In this document: positions 10,041 to 20,529 of the stretch, one piece after another
How positions within the stretch are numbered: the stretch's first letter is position 1
Layout of the letters: each line of letters begins with the position of its first letter
Assembly (NCBI GenBank): GCA_965205265.1
Contig: CBDBGH010000003.1
Location: 320,001 to 384,000 of the forward strand
DNA length: 64,000 bases
Direction: 5' to 3'
Source of the DNA: Alphaproteobacteria bacterium
GTDB lineage: Bacteria > Pseudomonadota > Alphaproteobacteria > Bin95
The notes under the pieces: model-generated
Database searches by the model: none
Told to the model about the DNA's origin: nothing
What the model saw: the letters and a program-made list of their open reading frames with translations, nothing else
Translations under genes and position numbers: made by a program

Positions 10041-10930
10041 CGGGCGGCCTCCGTCATCAGCTGGACGAGGCTCGGGAAATCGATGCCTGCCCAGGCGGCG
10101 ATTTCGGGCACGAGGGAGAGCGGCGTCAGCCCCGGCTGGGTGTTGACCTCCAGCAGGTAGAGCCCGCCGCCATGCTCGTCGTAGCGGAAGTCGGCGCGCG
10201 TGACCGACCGGCAGCCGAGCGCCGCATGCGCGCGTTCGGCCATGTCGAGCGCCTGGGCCGCCACATCGTCATCGACCGGCGCCGGGACCAGATGGTCCGC
10301 GCGCGCTTCGGTATATTTCGTGTCGTAGTCGTAGAAGCCCCGGTAGGGCCGGATTTCCAGCAGGCCGAGCGCCTGGCCGTCGTTTACGGCAACGGTGAGT
10401 TCGCGCCCGGGAATATAACGCTCGACCAGCGCCCTGCCGCCGAACGGCCAGGTCTCGGGTGAGAGGGGAACGGCGTTGGAGCCTTCCTCGACGATGATGA
10501 CGCCGACGCTCGAGCCCTCGCAAACCGGCTTGACCACATAGGGCGGCGGCATGGAGTCATGCGCGTCCCCGCAGCACACCACCTTGCCGTCGGGCACGGC
10601 GATGCCGGCCGACCTGAACACGGCCTTCGCCGCCGCCTTGTCCATGGCGAGCGCCGAGGCGCGGATGCCGGAATGGGTGTAGGGAATGCCCATCAGCTCG
10701 AGCAGACCCTGGATGCAGCCATCCTCGCCGAAACGCCCGTGAAGGGCGTTGAAAGCGGCGTCGGGGGCCGGGGTCAACCGCGCCGCGAGCGCCGGAATAT
10801 CGGGTCCGACATCGATGGGATCGACCGTGTAACCGAGCGTCGTCAAAGCCTCGCATACGGCCCGGCCCGTGGTGAGCGAGACTTCCCGTTCGGCGGACAC
10901 GCCGCCCATGAGCACCGCGATCCTGTTCAT
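10028..10930 (-). CDS. ddl: D-alanine--D-alanine ligase
   Basis: GGVSAEREVS, LHGRFGEDG, EVNTQPG. Confidence 0.97.
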   Translation of the reverse strand: MNRIAVLMGGVSAEREVSLTTGRAVCEALTTLGYTVDPIDVGPDIPALAARLTPAPDAAFNALHGRFGEDGCIQGLLELMGIPYTHSGIRASALAMDKAAAKAVFRSAGIAVPDGKVVCCGDAHDSMPPPYVVKPVCEGSSVGVIIVEEGSNAVPLSPETWPFGGRALVERYIPGRELTVAVNDGQALGLLEIRPYRGFYDYDTKYTEARADHLVPAPVDDDVAAQALDMAERAHAALGCRSVTRADFRYDEHGGGLYLLEVNTQPGLTPLSLVPEIAAWAGIDFPSLVQLMTEAARCDF

Positions 10931-11835
10931 ACCCGGGGCGCTCCCCGGCGGCCGACACGCTCGATCTCCCAGTCGAGGCCGACGCCCGTGGCGGCCAGCA
11001 CGCGGGCGCGCACATCCTCGGCCAGGTCTTCGAGATCGGCGGCGCTCGCCGACCCGGTGTTCACCAGGAAATTGCAATGCATCTCGGAGACCATCGCGCC
11101 GCCGCGTTTCAAGCCCCGGCAGCCGGCCCGGTCGATCAGCTCCCAGGCGCTGGCGCCGGCCGGATTGCGGAAGGTGGAGCCGCCCGTGCGCGAGCGGATC
11201 GGCTGGCTCGCTTCGCGCGCCGCGGCGATTTCGGCCATGGCGGCGCGTACCTCTTCGGCGGGCCGCCTCGCGCCCCGGAAGCGCGCCGAGAGGAAGATGC
11301 GGTCCCTGCCCACCTCGTTGCCGCGATAGCGGAAGCCGAAATCGGCATTCAAGAGTCGCTCGATTTCGCCCTGGCGCGTCATTGCATTGGCGTCCAGCAG
11401 CACATCGGCGGTCTCGCAGCCATAGGCGCCGGCATTCATGGCGAGCGCGCCGCCGACAGTGCCCGGTATGCCGGAAAGGAACTCGAGGCCGCCGAGGCCG
11501 GCGTCCGCGGCCGCGCGGGCGACATTGGCGCAAAGCGCGGCAGCCCCGGCGACGACCGTCCCGGCCTCTGCGCGGATGTCCGCAAAACCGCGTCCGAGCC
11601 GCAGCACCAGCCCGTCAATGCCGCCGTCCCGGACCAGCGTGTTGGACGCAACGCCCAGAACGGTGAGCGGCACGTCCCCGGGCAGTTGCGTCAGCAGCGC
11701 CTGCAGGTCCGACCGGTCCAGCGGGCGGGCCATCGCCTCCGCAGGGCCGCCGACCCGGAACCAGGTAATCCGGTCGAGCGGGGCGGACGCGCTCACGCGC
11801 CCCCGGATGCAGGGCAGCGGGAAGCGCGGGGTCAT
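10927..11835 (-). CDS. murB: UDP-N-acetylmuramate dehydrogenase
   Basis: FRVGGPA, GIPGTVGG.MNAGAYG, GSTFRNP. Confidence 0.97.
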   Translation of the reverse strand: MTPRFPLPCIRGRVSASAPLDRITWFRVGGPAEAMARPLDRSDLQALLTQLPGDVPLTVLGVASNTLVRDGGIDGLVLRLGRGFADIRAEAGTVVAGAAALCANVARAAADAGLGGLEFLSGIPGTVGGALAMNAGAYGCETADVLLDANAMTRQGEIERLLNADFGFRYRGNEVGRDRIFLSARFRGARRPAEEVRAAMAEIAAAREASQPIRSRTGGSTFRNPAGASAWELIDRAGCRGLKRGGAMVSEMHCNFLVNTGSASAADLEDLAEDVRARVLAATGVGLDWEIERVGRRGAPRV

Positions 11836-13217
11836 TTGCGGGCCTCCCGGAGCGATTCCGGCAGGGCGTGCGCCCAGGCGGTGATCGAGCCTGCGCCGAG
11901 ACAGACGATGGTGTCGCCGGGGGCCGCCCAGGAGCCGGCGCATGCCGCCAGGTCGTCGGGCCCGTCGATCGCCTTCACATCCCGGTGTCCGCCGGCGCGG
12001 GTCGCGGCCACCAGCGCATCCCGGCTGGCGCCGGCGATCGGCGCTTCGCCGGCCGCATAGACCGGTGCGATCAACACTTTGTCGGCCTGCTCGAAACAAT
12101 GCGCGAAGTCGTCGAGCAGCGCGTTCAGCCGGGTGTAGCGGTGGGGCTGCATGACAGCCATGATCCGCCCGCATCCGGCCAGCCGGGCCGTGGCCAGCAC
12201 GGCCGCAATTTCGGTCGGGTGATGGGCGTAGTCGTCGATGATGCGCACGCCATTCACTTCGCCCGCAAGCGTGAACCGGCGCTGCACGCCCCGGAACTCC
12301 GCGAGCGCCCGGCGAATGGCGTCCTCGGAGACGCCCAGAAGATGGCCGACCGTGACGGCCGCGAGCGCGTTCTCCGCATTGTGGCGGCCGGGCACGCCGA
12401 CCCTCAGGTCCTCGATGTCCGCGAGGCCCGACACATCGAGCCGGCTGCCTGCAGGTTCCAGCACCAGCCCGCTGCCGCGAATATCGGCGTCGGGCGCGAA
12501 CCCGTAACGCAACACCGGTCGCCGGCATCCGGCCGCCAGCCGCCGCGAGCCTTCATTGTCCGCTGACAGAATGGCGGCGCCGAAGGGTGGCACCGAGTCG
12601 GCGAACCGGGCGAAGCACGCCTCGATCTCTTCGAAGCCGCGGTAGTGCTCCATGTGCTCGGCTTCGATGTTGGTGACCACGGCAAGCGTCGCCGGGAGAT
12701 TGAGGAACGACCTGTCGCTTTCGTCCGCCTCGATGACCGCCCAGACGCCCCGGCCCAGCTTTGCATTTGAGCCGAGGCCTTCGAGGATGCCGCCGTTGAC
12801 GACGGTCGGATCCAGCCCGCCGGCTTCGAGTACCGCGGCAATCATCGCGGTGGTCGTGGTCTTGCCGTGCGTGCCGGAGACCGCAATCGGCCATGAGAGC
12901 GAGGCGATGGCGGCCAGCGCCTCCGAGCGATGCAGGACCGGAAGCCCCCGCCGAAGCGCCTCCTGCCGTTCGGCGTTGTCCTCGGGAACGGCCGTCGAGA
13001 CCACGACTGCCGCTGCCTCGCCGAGATTGCCGGCGTCATGGCCGATCCGGACGGTCAGGCCGAGCGCCTCCAGCCGGGCCGTATTGGCGCTTGGCTGCGC
13101 ATCGCTTCCGCTGACCGAACAGCCGAGCCGGTGCAGCAGCTCGGCGATGCCGCTCATGCCGATGCCGCCGATCCCGATGAAATGGAGCGGCCCGAAGGAA
13201 AGGGGGAGCGGCCTCAT
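11832..13217 (-). CDS. murC: UDP-N-acetylmuramate--L-alanine ligase
   Basis: HFIGIGGIGMSG, GTHGKTTTT, DDYAHHPTE. Confidence 0.98.
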   Translation of the reverse strand: MRPLPLSFGPLHFIGIGGIGMSGIAELLHRLGCSVSGSDAQPSANTARLEALGLTVRIGHDAGNLGEAAAVVVSTAVPEDNAERQEALRRGLPVLHRSEALAAIASLSWPIAVSGTHGKTTTTAMIAAVLEAGGLDPTVVNGGILEGLGSNAKLGRGVWAVIEADESDRSFLNLPATLAVVTNIEAEHMEHYRGFEEIEACFARFADSVPPFGAAILSADNEGSRRLAAGCRRPVLRYGFAPDADIRGSGLVLEPAGSRLDVSGLADIEDLRVGVPGRHNAENALAAVTVGHLLGVSEDAIRRALAEFRGVQRRFTLAGEVNGVRIIDDYAHHPTEIAAVLATARLAGCGRIMAVMQPHRYTRLNALLDDFAHCFEQADKVLIAPVYAAGEAPIAGASRDALVAATRAGGHRDVKAIDGPDDLAACAGSWAAPGDTIVCLGAGSITAWAHALPESLREARK

Positions 13218-14251
13218 GACCCGGCCTCCCGGACTTCCGAAAGGACGAAATCCACGAGGGCGTCGGCCGCGTCGGGCCTGCCGAACTGCCGTGCTCCCGC
13301 TGCGGCGCGCGCAAGCCGGTCGGGCTCTGCAAGGCAGGCATCCACCAGTTCGCGCAGCCGGTCCGGGGTGAAGTCGCGGTCGGGGAGCAGCCAGCCTCCG
13401 CCTGCCTCGATGACCGCCCGGGCATTGGCGCTCTGGTGGTCGTCGGTCGCATGGGGATAGGGCGCGAAGATGGCGGGCCGGCCGGCAGCCGCGAGTTCCG
13501 CAACGGTGGAGGCTCCCGCGCGTGCGATGACCAGATGCGCTTCGCCGAGCGCGGCCGCCATGTTCTCGATGAAGGGCGCCAGGAATGCCTCGACGCCCTG
13601 CCTGCGATAGGCGGCGCGCGCCGCCTCGAGGTCTTCCGCGCGGCATTGCTGACGGACGACGACCCGGCCGGCAAGGGGACCGAGCGCCTCCGGCAGCACC
13701 TCGGAAAAGATGCGCGCGCCCTGGCTGCCGCCGAAAACCAGGAGCCGCAGGGGCTCGCCGGGCGCGGGGGGTGTATAGGGCCGGCTGCGAAGCGCTGCGA
13801 TCTCCGGCCTGACGGGATTGCCGACCAGGCGGTCTCCGATGCCGGGATAGCTCGCGGCAACCTTGACCCTGCCGCGCGCGAGCAGCCGGTTGGTCCTGCC
13901 GAGGAGCGCGTTCTGTTCGTGCAGCACGGTCGTGAGGCCGAGCCAGCGGGCCGCGAGCACGGTCGGCGCGGAGGGATAGCCGCCGAAGCCGACGACTGCG
14001 GAACTGCGGGTGCTGGCGAGCACCTTGCGGGCGTCGAACACGCCGAGCCCGAGCTGGAGGAGGCCGCGCAGGCTGCGGGGCGCGTCGGCCCGGATGGTAT
14101 GCACCGGCGCATCCCCGGTGAAGGCGGCGCCCCGCCGGTCGGTGACGGCAATGGCCGCTTCGCCGCGGGCGGCAAGGCAGGCGGCGAAGGCGCGCGCGGG
14201 GAAGACATGGCCTCCGGTGCCGCCGGCGGCGATGGCGATGGGGCCGGCCAT
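13214..14251 (-). CDS. murG: Lipid II GlcNAc transferase
   Basis: GGTGGHVFP, HEQN, GGSQGA, RAGASTVAE. Confidence 0.97.
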   Translation of the reverse strand: MAGPIAIAAGGTGGHVFPARAFAACLAARGEAAIAVTDRRGAAFTGDAPVHTIRADAPRSLRGLLQLGLGVFDARKVLASTRSSAVVGFGGYPSAPTVLAARWLGLTTVLHEQNALLGRTNRLLARGRVKVAASYPGIGDRLVGNPVRPEIAALRSRPYTPPAPGEPLRLLVFGGSQGARIFSEVLPEALGPLAGRVVVRQQCRAEDLEAARAAYRRQGVEAFLAPFIENMAAALGEAHLVIARAGASTVAELAAAGRPAIFAPYPHATDDHQSANARAVIEAGGGWLLPDRDFTPDRLRELVDACLAEPDRLARAAAGARQFGRPDAADALVDFVLSEVREAGS

Positions 14252-15375
14252 CACAACACCTCCGCCTGGCCGTCCCGGCGCCGGTTGAGCGCGAGAACGA
14301 AGCCGAGCGTGATCGAGGCAGCGAAGAGCGACGAGCCGCCATAGCTGAGGAAGGGCAGGGTGGTGCCCTTGGTCGGGATGACCTCCAGGGCCGAGGCCAT
14401 GTTGATGAAAGCCTGAAGCCCGAAGCTCGCGAGCAGGCCGGAGACGGCCAGAAGCGCGAACAGGTTTTCCTCCGCCATCAGCCGGAACGCGCCCCGGCAG
14501 ACGATGAGGCCGTAGAGCGCGACCACGGCGAGGCAGACCAGAAGGCCGAACTCCTCGCCCAGCACGGCGAAGATGAAGTCCGCATGGGCGTCCGGCAGGG
14601 TTTCCTTGACGGCGCCCTCGCCGGGTCCCTGGCCGACAAGGCCGCCCTGCTTGAAGGATTCGAGCGACCTGCCGATCTGATAGCGGTCGCTGCCGCTGCC
14701 GTCGAAGAAGGCGTTGACGCGGTTCGAAACGTGGTCGAAGCCGAAATAGGCGACGACTCCGCCCGTTCCGGCCGCCAGGAAGAGGCCGGCCAGCCCCAGT
14801 GCCGGCATGCCCGCCAGCGCGAATTGCCCGAACCAGACCGAAACCACCATGAACGTCATGCCCACATCCGGTTGCAACAGCAGGGCGGCGGAGACGGCGG
14901 CCAAAAGTCCGGCGGCGATTACAAGCGCGCGCGAGCCGACGACGATACGGTAATGAGCGAATAGCCAGGCGGACACCACGGCCATGCCCGGTTTCAGGAA
15001 TTCCGAAGGCTGCAGGCCGATGACGCCGAGCGAGAGCCAGCGCTGGGCGCCCTTGTTCTCCGGCCCGACAAGAGCGGTTACAAGCGTCAGCAGCAGGGCG
15101 CCGGCGCCGACGAGGCAGGCAATCTGGAGCACCTGGACCGGGTTCAGCAGCGCGCAGCCGGCCATGATGCAGATGGCGACCGGCAGGAACAGGGCGTGCT
15201 TGAACAGGAAGTGAAAGCGGTGGTCGCCATTCAACTCGGCAACGGCCGGTCCGGCCGTCGCGATCAGGATGAGGCCGAAAACGATCAGCGCCGCAACGGC
15301 GCCCACCGTCATCCGGTCCACCGTCCAGACCCATTGGGCGGTCCAGCTTCGGTCCGTGCGGGGCAGGAAGCTCAT
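14251..15375 (-). CDS. ftsW: Peptidoglycan polymerase FtsW
   Basis: QPSEFLKP, PDAHADFIF, LPFLSYGGSS. Confidence 0.97.
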   Translation of the reverse strand: MSFLPRTDRSWTAQWVWTVDRMTVGAVAALIVFGLILIATAGPAVAELNGDHRFHFLFKHALFLPVAICIMAGCALLNPVQVLQIACLVGAGALLLTLVTALVGPENKGAQRWLSLGVIGLQPSEFLKPGMAVVSAWLFAHYRIVVGSRALVIAAGLLAAVSAALLLQPDVGMTFMVVSVWFGQFALAGMPALGLAGLFLAAGTGGVVAYFGFDHVSNRVNAFFDGSGSDRYQIGRSLESFKQGGLVGQGPGEGAVKETLPDAHADFIFAVLGEEFGLLVCLAVVALYGLIVCRGAFRLMAEENLFALLAVSGLLASFGLQAFINMASALEVIPTKGTTLPFLSYGGSSLFAASITLGFVLALNRRRDGQAEVL

Positions 15376-16631
15376 CCAGCGCCTCCCGCAAGCTCGCGCA
15401 CGCCCTTGCGAAAGGCGTCGCCGCGTGCCTCGAAACTGTCCCACTGGTCGAACGAGGCGGCGGCGGGCGCCAGCAGCACGGTTTCGCCGGGCCGCGCGTC
15501 GCGATGGGCGGCCGCCAGCGCGCTGTCGAGGTCGCCCAGGCGCTCGCATGCGGCATGGCCGGCAAGCGCCTCGGCAAACGGAGCCTCGGACGCGCCGATG
15601 AGATAGGCCTTTGCGATGCGCCCGAACCAGGGGCGGACCGCGTCGAGATTGTCCGTCTTGGCCTGTCCGCCGGCGATCCACCGCACCCGATCGAAACTGG
15701 CGAGCGCAAAGGCCGCCGACTCCGGGTTGGTCGCCTTGCTGTCGTTCACATAGCGGACGCCGGCGACCTCGCCGACGGTTTCCATCCGGTGCGGCAGGCC
15801 CTGGAAACCGTGCATGGCTTCGAGCGCATCCCGGCGATCGATGCCGAGCGCGCCGAGCGCCGCCAGCGCGGCGGCCGCGTTGCGGCGGTTATGGAGGCCG
15901 GGCAGGGCGGGGAGGTCCGGCCCGTCGTCTCCCGTTGCGACGACGGTCCGGCCTTCCGCCCGCAGGCGCTCCGCCAGCCGGCGGCACCAGGGGTCGGATA
16001 CGCCGACGATGGCGGTCGCCCGGTTCATGAAAATACGCGCCTTGTCGGCGGCATAGCCATGCATCCCGCCATGCCGGTCGAGATGGTCCGGAGCGATATT
16101 GAGCAGCACGGCGACGTCGAGGACGGGACGCGCCATCAGCGCGAGCTGGTAGGAGGAGAGCTCAAGCACATAGACGCCGCCCGGCCCGAGCGCCGGCAGC
16201 CCGAGCGCCGCCGGCCCGAGATTGCCGCCGACCGCATGCGGCAGCCCCAGCCTGCCGAGCGCGTGCCCGATCAGGGCCGTCGCCGTCGATTTGCCGTTGG
16301 TGCCGGTGATCCCGACGAAACGGCACTCCGGCATGGCTTCGACGAGCAGGGAGATGTCCGCCTCCGGCCGGACGCGCGCAGCGTCCGCCCTGACCGCAAG
16401 CGGATGCGGCCGCGGGTGGAGATGGGGGATGCCGGGGCTCCAGACCAGCCGATCCAGGCCGGACGGGTCGAAGGCCTGCACATCGCCGAAGTCCCGGCGC
16501 AACTCCTCCCGGTCGTCCCAGAGGCGGAGATGCGCGCCGGCCGCCGCCAGGGCCGCCGCCGCCGCCCGGCCGGACCGTCCGAGCCCCATGACGCCTATCT
16601 CGGCGCCGCGATATGCCGGCAGCGGGATCAT
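15372..16631 (-). CDS. murD: UDP-MurNAc-L-Ala--D-Glu ligase
   Basis: GTNGKST, ELSSYQL, DHLDRH, NDSKATN. Confidence 0.97.
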   Translation of the reverse strand: MIPLPAYRGAEIGVMGLGRSGRAAAAALAAAGAHLRLWDDREELRRDFGDVQAFDPSGLDRLVWSPGIPHLHPRPHPLAVRADAARVRPEADISLLVEAMPECRFVGITGTNGKSTATALIGHALGRLGLPHAVGGNLGPAALGLPALGPGGVYVLELSSYQLALMARPVLDVAVLLNIAPDHLDRHGGMHGYAADKARIFMNRATAIVGVSDPWCRRLAERLRAEGRTVVATGDDGPDLPALPGLHNRRNAAAALAALGALGIDRRDALEAMHGFQGLPHRMETVGEVAGVRYVNDSKATNPESAAFALASFDRVRWIAGGQAKTDNLDAVRPWFGRIAKAYLIGASEAPFAEALAGHAACERLGDLDSALAAAHRDARPGETVLLAPAAASFDQWDSFEARGDAFRKGVRELAGGAG

Positions 16632-17716
16632 CGGAGCTTCAATGTCGCGAGGCCGGCGAGTGCGAGCACGACGGCGATGATCCAGAAGCGGATGACGATG
16701 GTCGGCTCCCTCCAGCCCTTCTGCTCGAAGTGGTGGTGCAGCGGCGCCATGCGGAACACGCGCTTGCCGGTGAGCTGGAACGAAGCCACCTGGACAATTA
16801 CCGAGACCGCCTCGAGCACGAAAAGCCCGCCGACGATGGCGAGCACCAGTTCGTGCTTGGTGATGACCGCGACCGATCCGAGCGTGCCGCCGCAGGCGAG
16901 CGAGCCGGTATCGCCCATGAACACCATGGCCGGCGGGGCGTTGTACCAAAGGAAGCCCAGGGAGGCCCCGACCAGCGCGCCCAGCAATACGGAAAGCTCT
17001 CCGGCGCCGGGAACCGGGTGGATCTGCAGATATTCCGCAAACACGGTGTGGCCCGCCAGATAGGCGATGATGCCGAAGCAGCCGGCGGCGATCATGACCG
17101 GCACGATCGCGAGCCCGTCGAGGCCGTCCGTGAGATTGACGGCGTTCGATGCCCCGGTCATTACCAGCACGGCGAAGGGCACGGCGAACCAGCCCAGGTC
17201 GATCACGAGGTCCTTGAACACCGGGATGGCGAGTCCGTAACCGAGCGGCTCGCCGATTATTTCGCCCGCCGCGATGGCCGCCGCCGCGCTCACCGCGATC
17301 TGGACCGCGAGCTTCGTCTTGCCGGGCAGGCCGCGGCTGCTGCGGCGCGCGAGCTTCAGGTAGTCGTCCGCCAGGCCGACAAGGCCGAAGGAGAGCGTCA
17401 CCGCCAGCACGATCCATACATAGGGATTGGCGAGGTCGGCCCAGAGCAGCGTGCTGGCGACGAGGGCCGAGAGGATCAGCGTGCCGCCCATGGTCGGCGT
17501 GCCGCGCTTGGTCTCCAGATGCGATTTCGGACCGTCTTCGCGGATCGGTTGCCCTTCGGCCTGTCGGGCGCGCAGCCAGGCGATCATGCCCGGCGCGAGC
17601 ATGAAGCTCAGCGCAAGCGCGGTCAGCGTCGCAGCCCCGGACCGGAAGGTGATGTAGCGGAACAGGTTGAAAAGCTGGAAGTCTTCGGCCAGTGGCGTGA
17701 GGAGGTTGTAAAGCAT
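16628..17716 (-). CDS. mraY: Phospho-MurNAc-pentapeptide transferase
   Basis: [24 protein letters not shown]. Confidence 0.98.
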   Translation of the reverse strand: MLYNLLTPLAEDFQLFNLFRYITFRSGAATLTALALSFMLAPGMIAWLRARQAEGQPIREDGPKSHLETKRGTPTMGGTLILSALVASTLLWADLANPYVWIVLAVTLSFGLVGLADDYLKLARRSSRGLPGKTKLAVQIAVSAAAAIAAGEIIGEPLGYGLAIPVFKDLVIDLGWFAVPFAVLVMTGASNAVNLTDGLDGLAIVPVMIAAGCFGIIAYLAGHTVFAEYLQIHPVPGAGELSVLLGALVGASLGFLWYNAPPAMVFMGDTGSLACGGTLGSVAVITKHELVLAIVGGLFVLEAVSVIVQVASFQLTGKRVFRMAPLHHHFEQKGWREPTIVIRFWIIAVVLALAGLATLKLR

Positions 17717-17722
17717 GGCCGC

Positions 17723-19090
17723 TCAACCTTCTGCCCCTGCACGACGCTCCAGCGCCTCGATCACGGCCTTCATGCCCATGCCGAGCGAGCCCTTGACGAG
17801 CACGATGTCGCCTGGCGCCACCGCGTCCGCGACCAGGGGGGCGAGGGCTTCGGCATCGGGACGGTGCGCGCCGCCCCGAGCGCGCGGCAGGCGGTCGAAC
17901 AGCCGGCGCATCTCGGGCCCGGCGGCGAAGACCAGATCGACCCCGGCCTTCTCGAGCGGCGCTGCGAGTTCGGCATGGGCAGGGCCCGCATCCGCGCCCA
18001 GCTCCAGCATGTCGCCCAGAACCGCGATCCGCCGCCCGCCGGGTCCGGGCTCGGCGAGGCCGAGCACGTCGAAGGCGGCGTCCATTGCGGCGGGGCTCGC
18101 ATTGTAGCTCTCGTCGATCAGCGTCCAGCCGCCCATATCCCTCCGCGCGCCGCGGCCGGCGGGCGGATGGAACGCCGCCAGGACTTCGAGGTCCGGCTCG
18201 ACGCCGAACGTGTCGAGTGTGAGCAGCACGCCGAGCGCGTTGAGCGCCCAATGCGCGCCCGGCGCGCCCAACCGGAACTCGAACCGCCGGCCCCGGATTT
18301 CGGCGGCGACATCGCTGCCGGCGGCGTCGAGCGAGGCGCCCAGCAACACTGCATCGCCCGCCCGCCGGGAGAACCGCAGGATCTCGGCGCCGGCGCGTTC
18401 GGCCGCGGCTTCGAGGCGTTCGATATGCGGCGTATCGGCATTGAGCACGGCGCCGCCGCCCGGCTCCAGGCCCGCGAATATCTCCGCCTTGGCGTCGGCG
18501 ACCTCGGAAAGGTTGGCGAAAAACACCGTGTGTGCAGGCGCGATGGCGGTCACCAGCGCCGCATGCGGACGGACCAGGCGGGAGAGGGGCGCGATTTCGC
18601 CCGCATGGTTCATGCCAAGCTCGAAGACGGCGAAGGCCGCCTCGCGCGGCAGGCGGGCGAGGGAGAGCGGGGCGCCCCACTCGTTATTGAGATTGCCCCG
18701 GCTGGCTTCCGTGCGCCCGGCGCGGGAGAGCAGATGGAAGAGCAGGTCCTTGCAGCCCGTCTTGCCGACGCTGCCGGTGATCGCCGCAATGCGCGCCGTC
18801 GACCGGGCGCGCGCGGCGCGGGCGAGGGCATACAGGCCCGCGCGCGTGTCCAGGACATGGAGCGAAGGCACGTCCCTGCCGCATTCCCGGCTCACCATCG
18901 CCGCCGCCGCCCCGCCTTCCAGCGCCTGGCCGACGAAGCAGTGCCCGTCATGGTTCGGCCCGGCAACAGCCACGAAAAGGTCGCCGGCCGAAATCGTGCG
19001 GCTGTCGATGGCGACGCCCGAGGCCTCCCAGCCGCCCTGCGGCGCACCTCCGGTGGCGGCGGCGGCTTCGCTGGCGGTCCAGAGCGTCAT
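17723..19090 (-). CDS. murF: UDP-MurNAc-tripeptide--D-Ala-D-Ala ligase
   Basis: ITGSVGKT, ELGMNHAGEI, DESYNASP, LVKGS. Confidence 0.97.
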   Translation of the reverse strand: MTLWTASEAAAATGGAPQGGWEASGVAIDSRTISAGDLFVAVAGPNHDGHCFVGQALEGGAAAAMVSRECGRDVPSLHVLDTRAGLYALARAARARSTARIAAITGSVGKTGCKDLLFHLLSRAGRTEASRGNLNNEWGAPLSLARLPREAAFAVFELGMNHAGEIAPLSRLVRPHAALVTAIAPAHTVFFANLSEVADAKAEIFAGLEPGGGAVLNADTPHIERLEAAAERAGAEILRFSRRAGDAVLLGASLDAAGSDVAAEIRGRRFEFRLGAPGAHWALNALGVLLTLDTFGVEPDLEVLAAFHPPAGRGARRDMGGWTLIDESYNASPAAMDAAFDVLGLAEPGPGGRRIAVLGDMLELGADAGPAHAELAAPLEKAGVDLVFAAGPEMRRLFDRLPRARGGAHRPDAEALAPLVADAVAPGDIVLVKGSLGMGMKAVIEALERRAGAEG

Positions 19091-20529
19091 GCCGCCTGCT
19101 CCGCCAGTTGCCGCGCCACGGCCCGGTCGTCGAACGGATGAACCTCGGCGCCGACGGTCTGGCTCGTTTCGTGTCCCTTTCCGGCGATCAGCAGGGCGTC
19201 CCCGGGGCCGGCCTCCTCCATCCCTGCGGCTATGGCCGCCTTCCGGTCGCCGATTTCCATTGCGCCGGGGCAGGCGGCGAGAATTGCGGCCCTGATCGCC
19301 GCCGGGTCTTCGGTGCGCGGGTTGTCGTCGGTGACGATGATCCGGTCGGCCAGCCGCTCCGCCACGGCGCCCATTTCCGGCCGCTTGCCGGCATCGCGGT
19401 CGCCGCCGGCGCCGAAGACCAGCACGAGGCGGCCGCGCACGAAGGGACGGAGCGCCTCGAGCACTGCGGCGAGCGCCCCCGGCTTGTGGGCGTAATCCAC
19501 ATAGACCGGCGCGCCCGAAAAGGCGTGCGCCGCGAGTTCGAGACGGCCGCGAACGCCGCGCAGCCCCTCCAGGCAGGCGACGACCGAATGAGGGTCTTCG
19601 CGTTCGCCCGCAACGGCTCCAAGCGCCGCGAGCGCGTTTTCCGCCTGGAACGCGCCGATGAAGGGCACGCGCACGCGGTGGCGGCGGCCGAGGAAACGGA
19701 ACGCCGCAATCTGTCCCTGTTCGGCGGGTTCGAGCTGCTCGATCGCGATCTCCAGCCCCGGTCCCGCTCGTCCGAAGCGCCAGACCCTGTGCCCGGCGGC
19801 GTGCGCCGCCTCGCCGGCCGCCTCGCCGGCGGGGTCGTCCGCATTGACCACGGCGAGACCGCCCGGCGGCATGACCCGGCGGAACAGGCCGAGCTTGGCC
19901 TCAAGATAGCTCTCGAAGTCCGGATGGTAGTCGAGGTGGTCGCGCGAGAGATTGGTGAACACGCCGGTCGAGACCTTCACGCCGTCGAGGCGGTGCTGGT
20001 CGAGGCCGTGACTGGACGCCTCAAGCGCTACCCGGTCGATGCCGGCTTCCGCCAGCCGGGCGAGGTCGCGGTGCAGTTCGACGGGGTCGGGCGTGGTGAG
20101 CGCGCCTGCGCGGCAATGTCCCGGCGCGACAAGGCCGAGAGTGCCGAGACTGGCCGCCGGCAGCCCGAGCAGGCGCCACAATTGGCGGATGAAGTCCACC
20201 ACCGAGGTCTTGCCGCTGGTGCCGGTGACGGCGGCGACCCTTGCCGGCTGCATCCCGAAAAACCGCGCCGCCAGCCTGGCGAACAACCGGCGCGGGGCCT
20301 CGTCCAGAATGACCGCGACGCCGGCCGGCAACGAATCGACGGCCGTGCCGACAGGCGCGAGTATTGCCCTGGCGCCCTTGGCAAGGGCATCCGGGATGAA
20401 GGTCCGGCCGTCCGCATTGGCGCCGGGAACGGCCAGGAACAGGTATCCCGGGCGGACTTTGCGGGAGTCGGCGGTCATGCCGCAGATGCCGAGCGCATCG
20501 AGATCGATCCGGCACCCGGCAGCGGACAT
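19087..20529 (-). CDS. murE: UDP-MurNAc-dipeptide--mDAP ligase
   Basis: TGTSGKTS, LTTPD, DYAHKP, DNPR, GKGHE. Confidence 0.97.
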   Translation of the reverse strand: MSAAGCRIDLDALGICGMTADSRKVRPGYLFLAVPGANADGRTFIPDALAKGARAILAPVGTAVDSLPAGVAVILDEAPRRLFARLAARFFGMQPARVAAVTGTSGKTSVVDFIRQLWRLLGLPAASLGTLGLVAPGHCRAGALTTPDPVELHRDLARLAEAGIDRVALEASSHGLDQHRLDGVKVSTGVFTNLSRDHLDYHPDFESYLEAKLGLFRRVMPPGGLAVVNADDPAGEAAGEAAHAAGHRVWRFGRAGPGLEIAIEQLEPAEQGQIAAFRFLGRRHRVRVPFIGAFQAENALAALGAVAGEREDPHSVVACLEGLRGVRGRLELAAHAFSGAPVYVDYAHKPGALAAVLEALRPFVRGRLVLVFGAGGDRDAGKRPEMGAVAERLADRIIVTDDNPRTEDPAAIRAAILAACPGAMEIGDRKAAIAAGMEEAGPGDALLIAGKGHETSQTVGAEVHPFDDRAVARQLAEQAA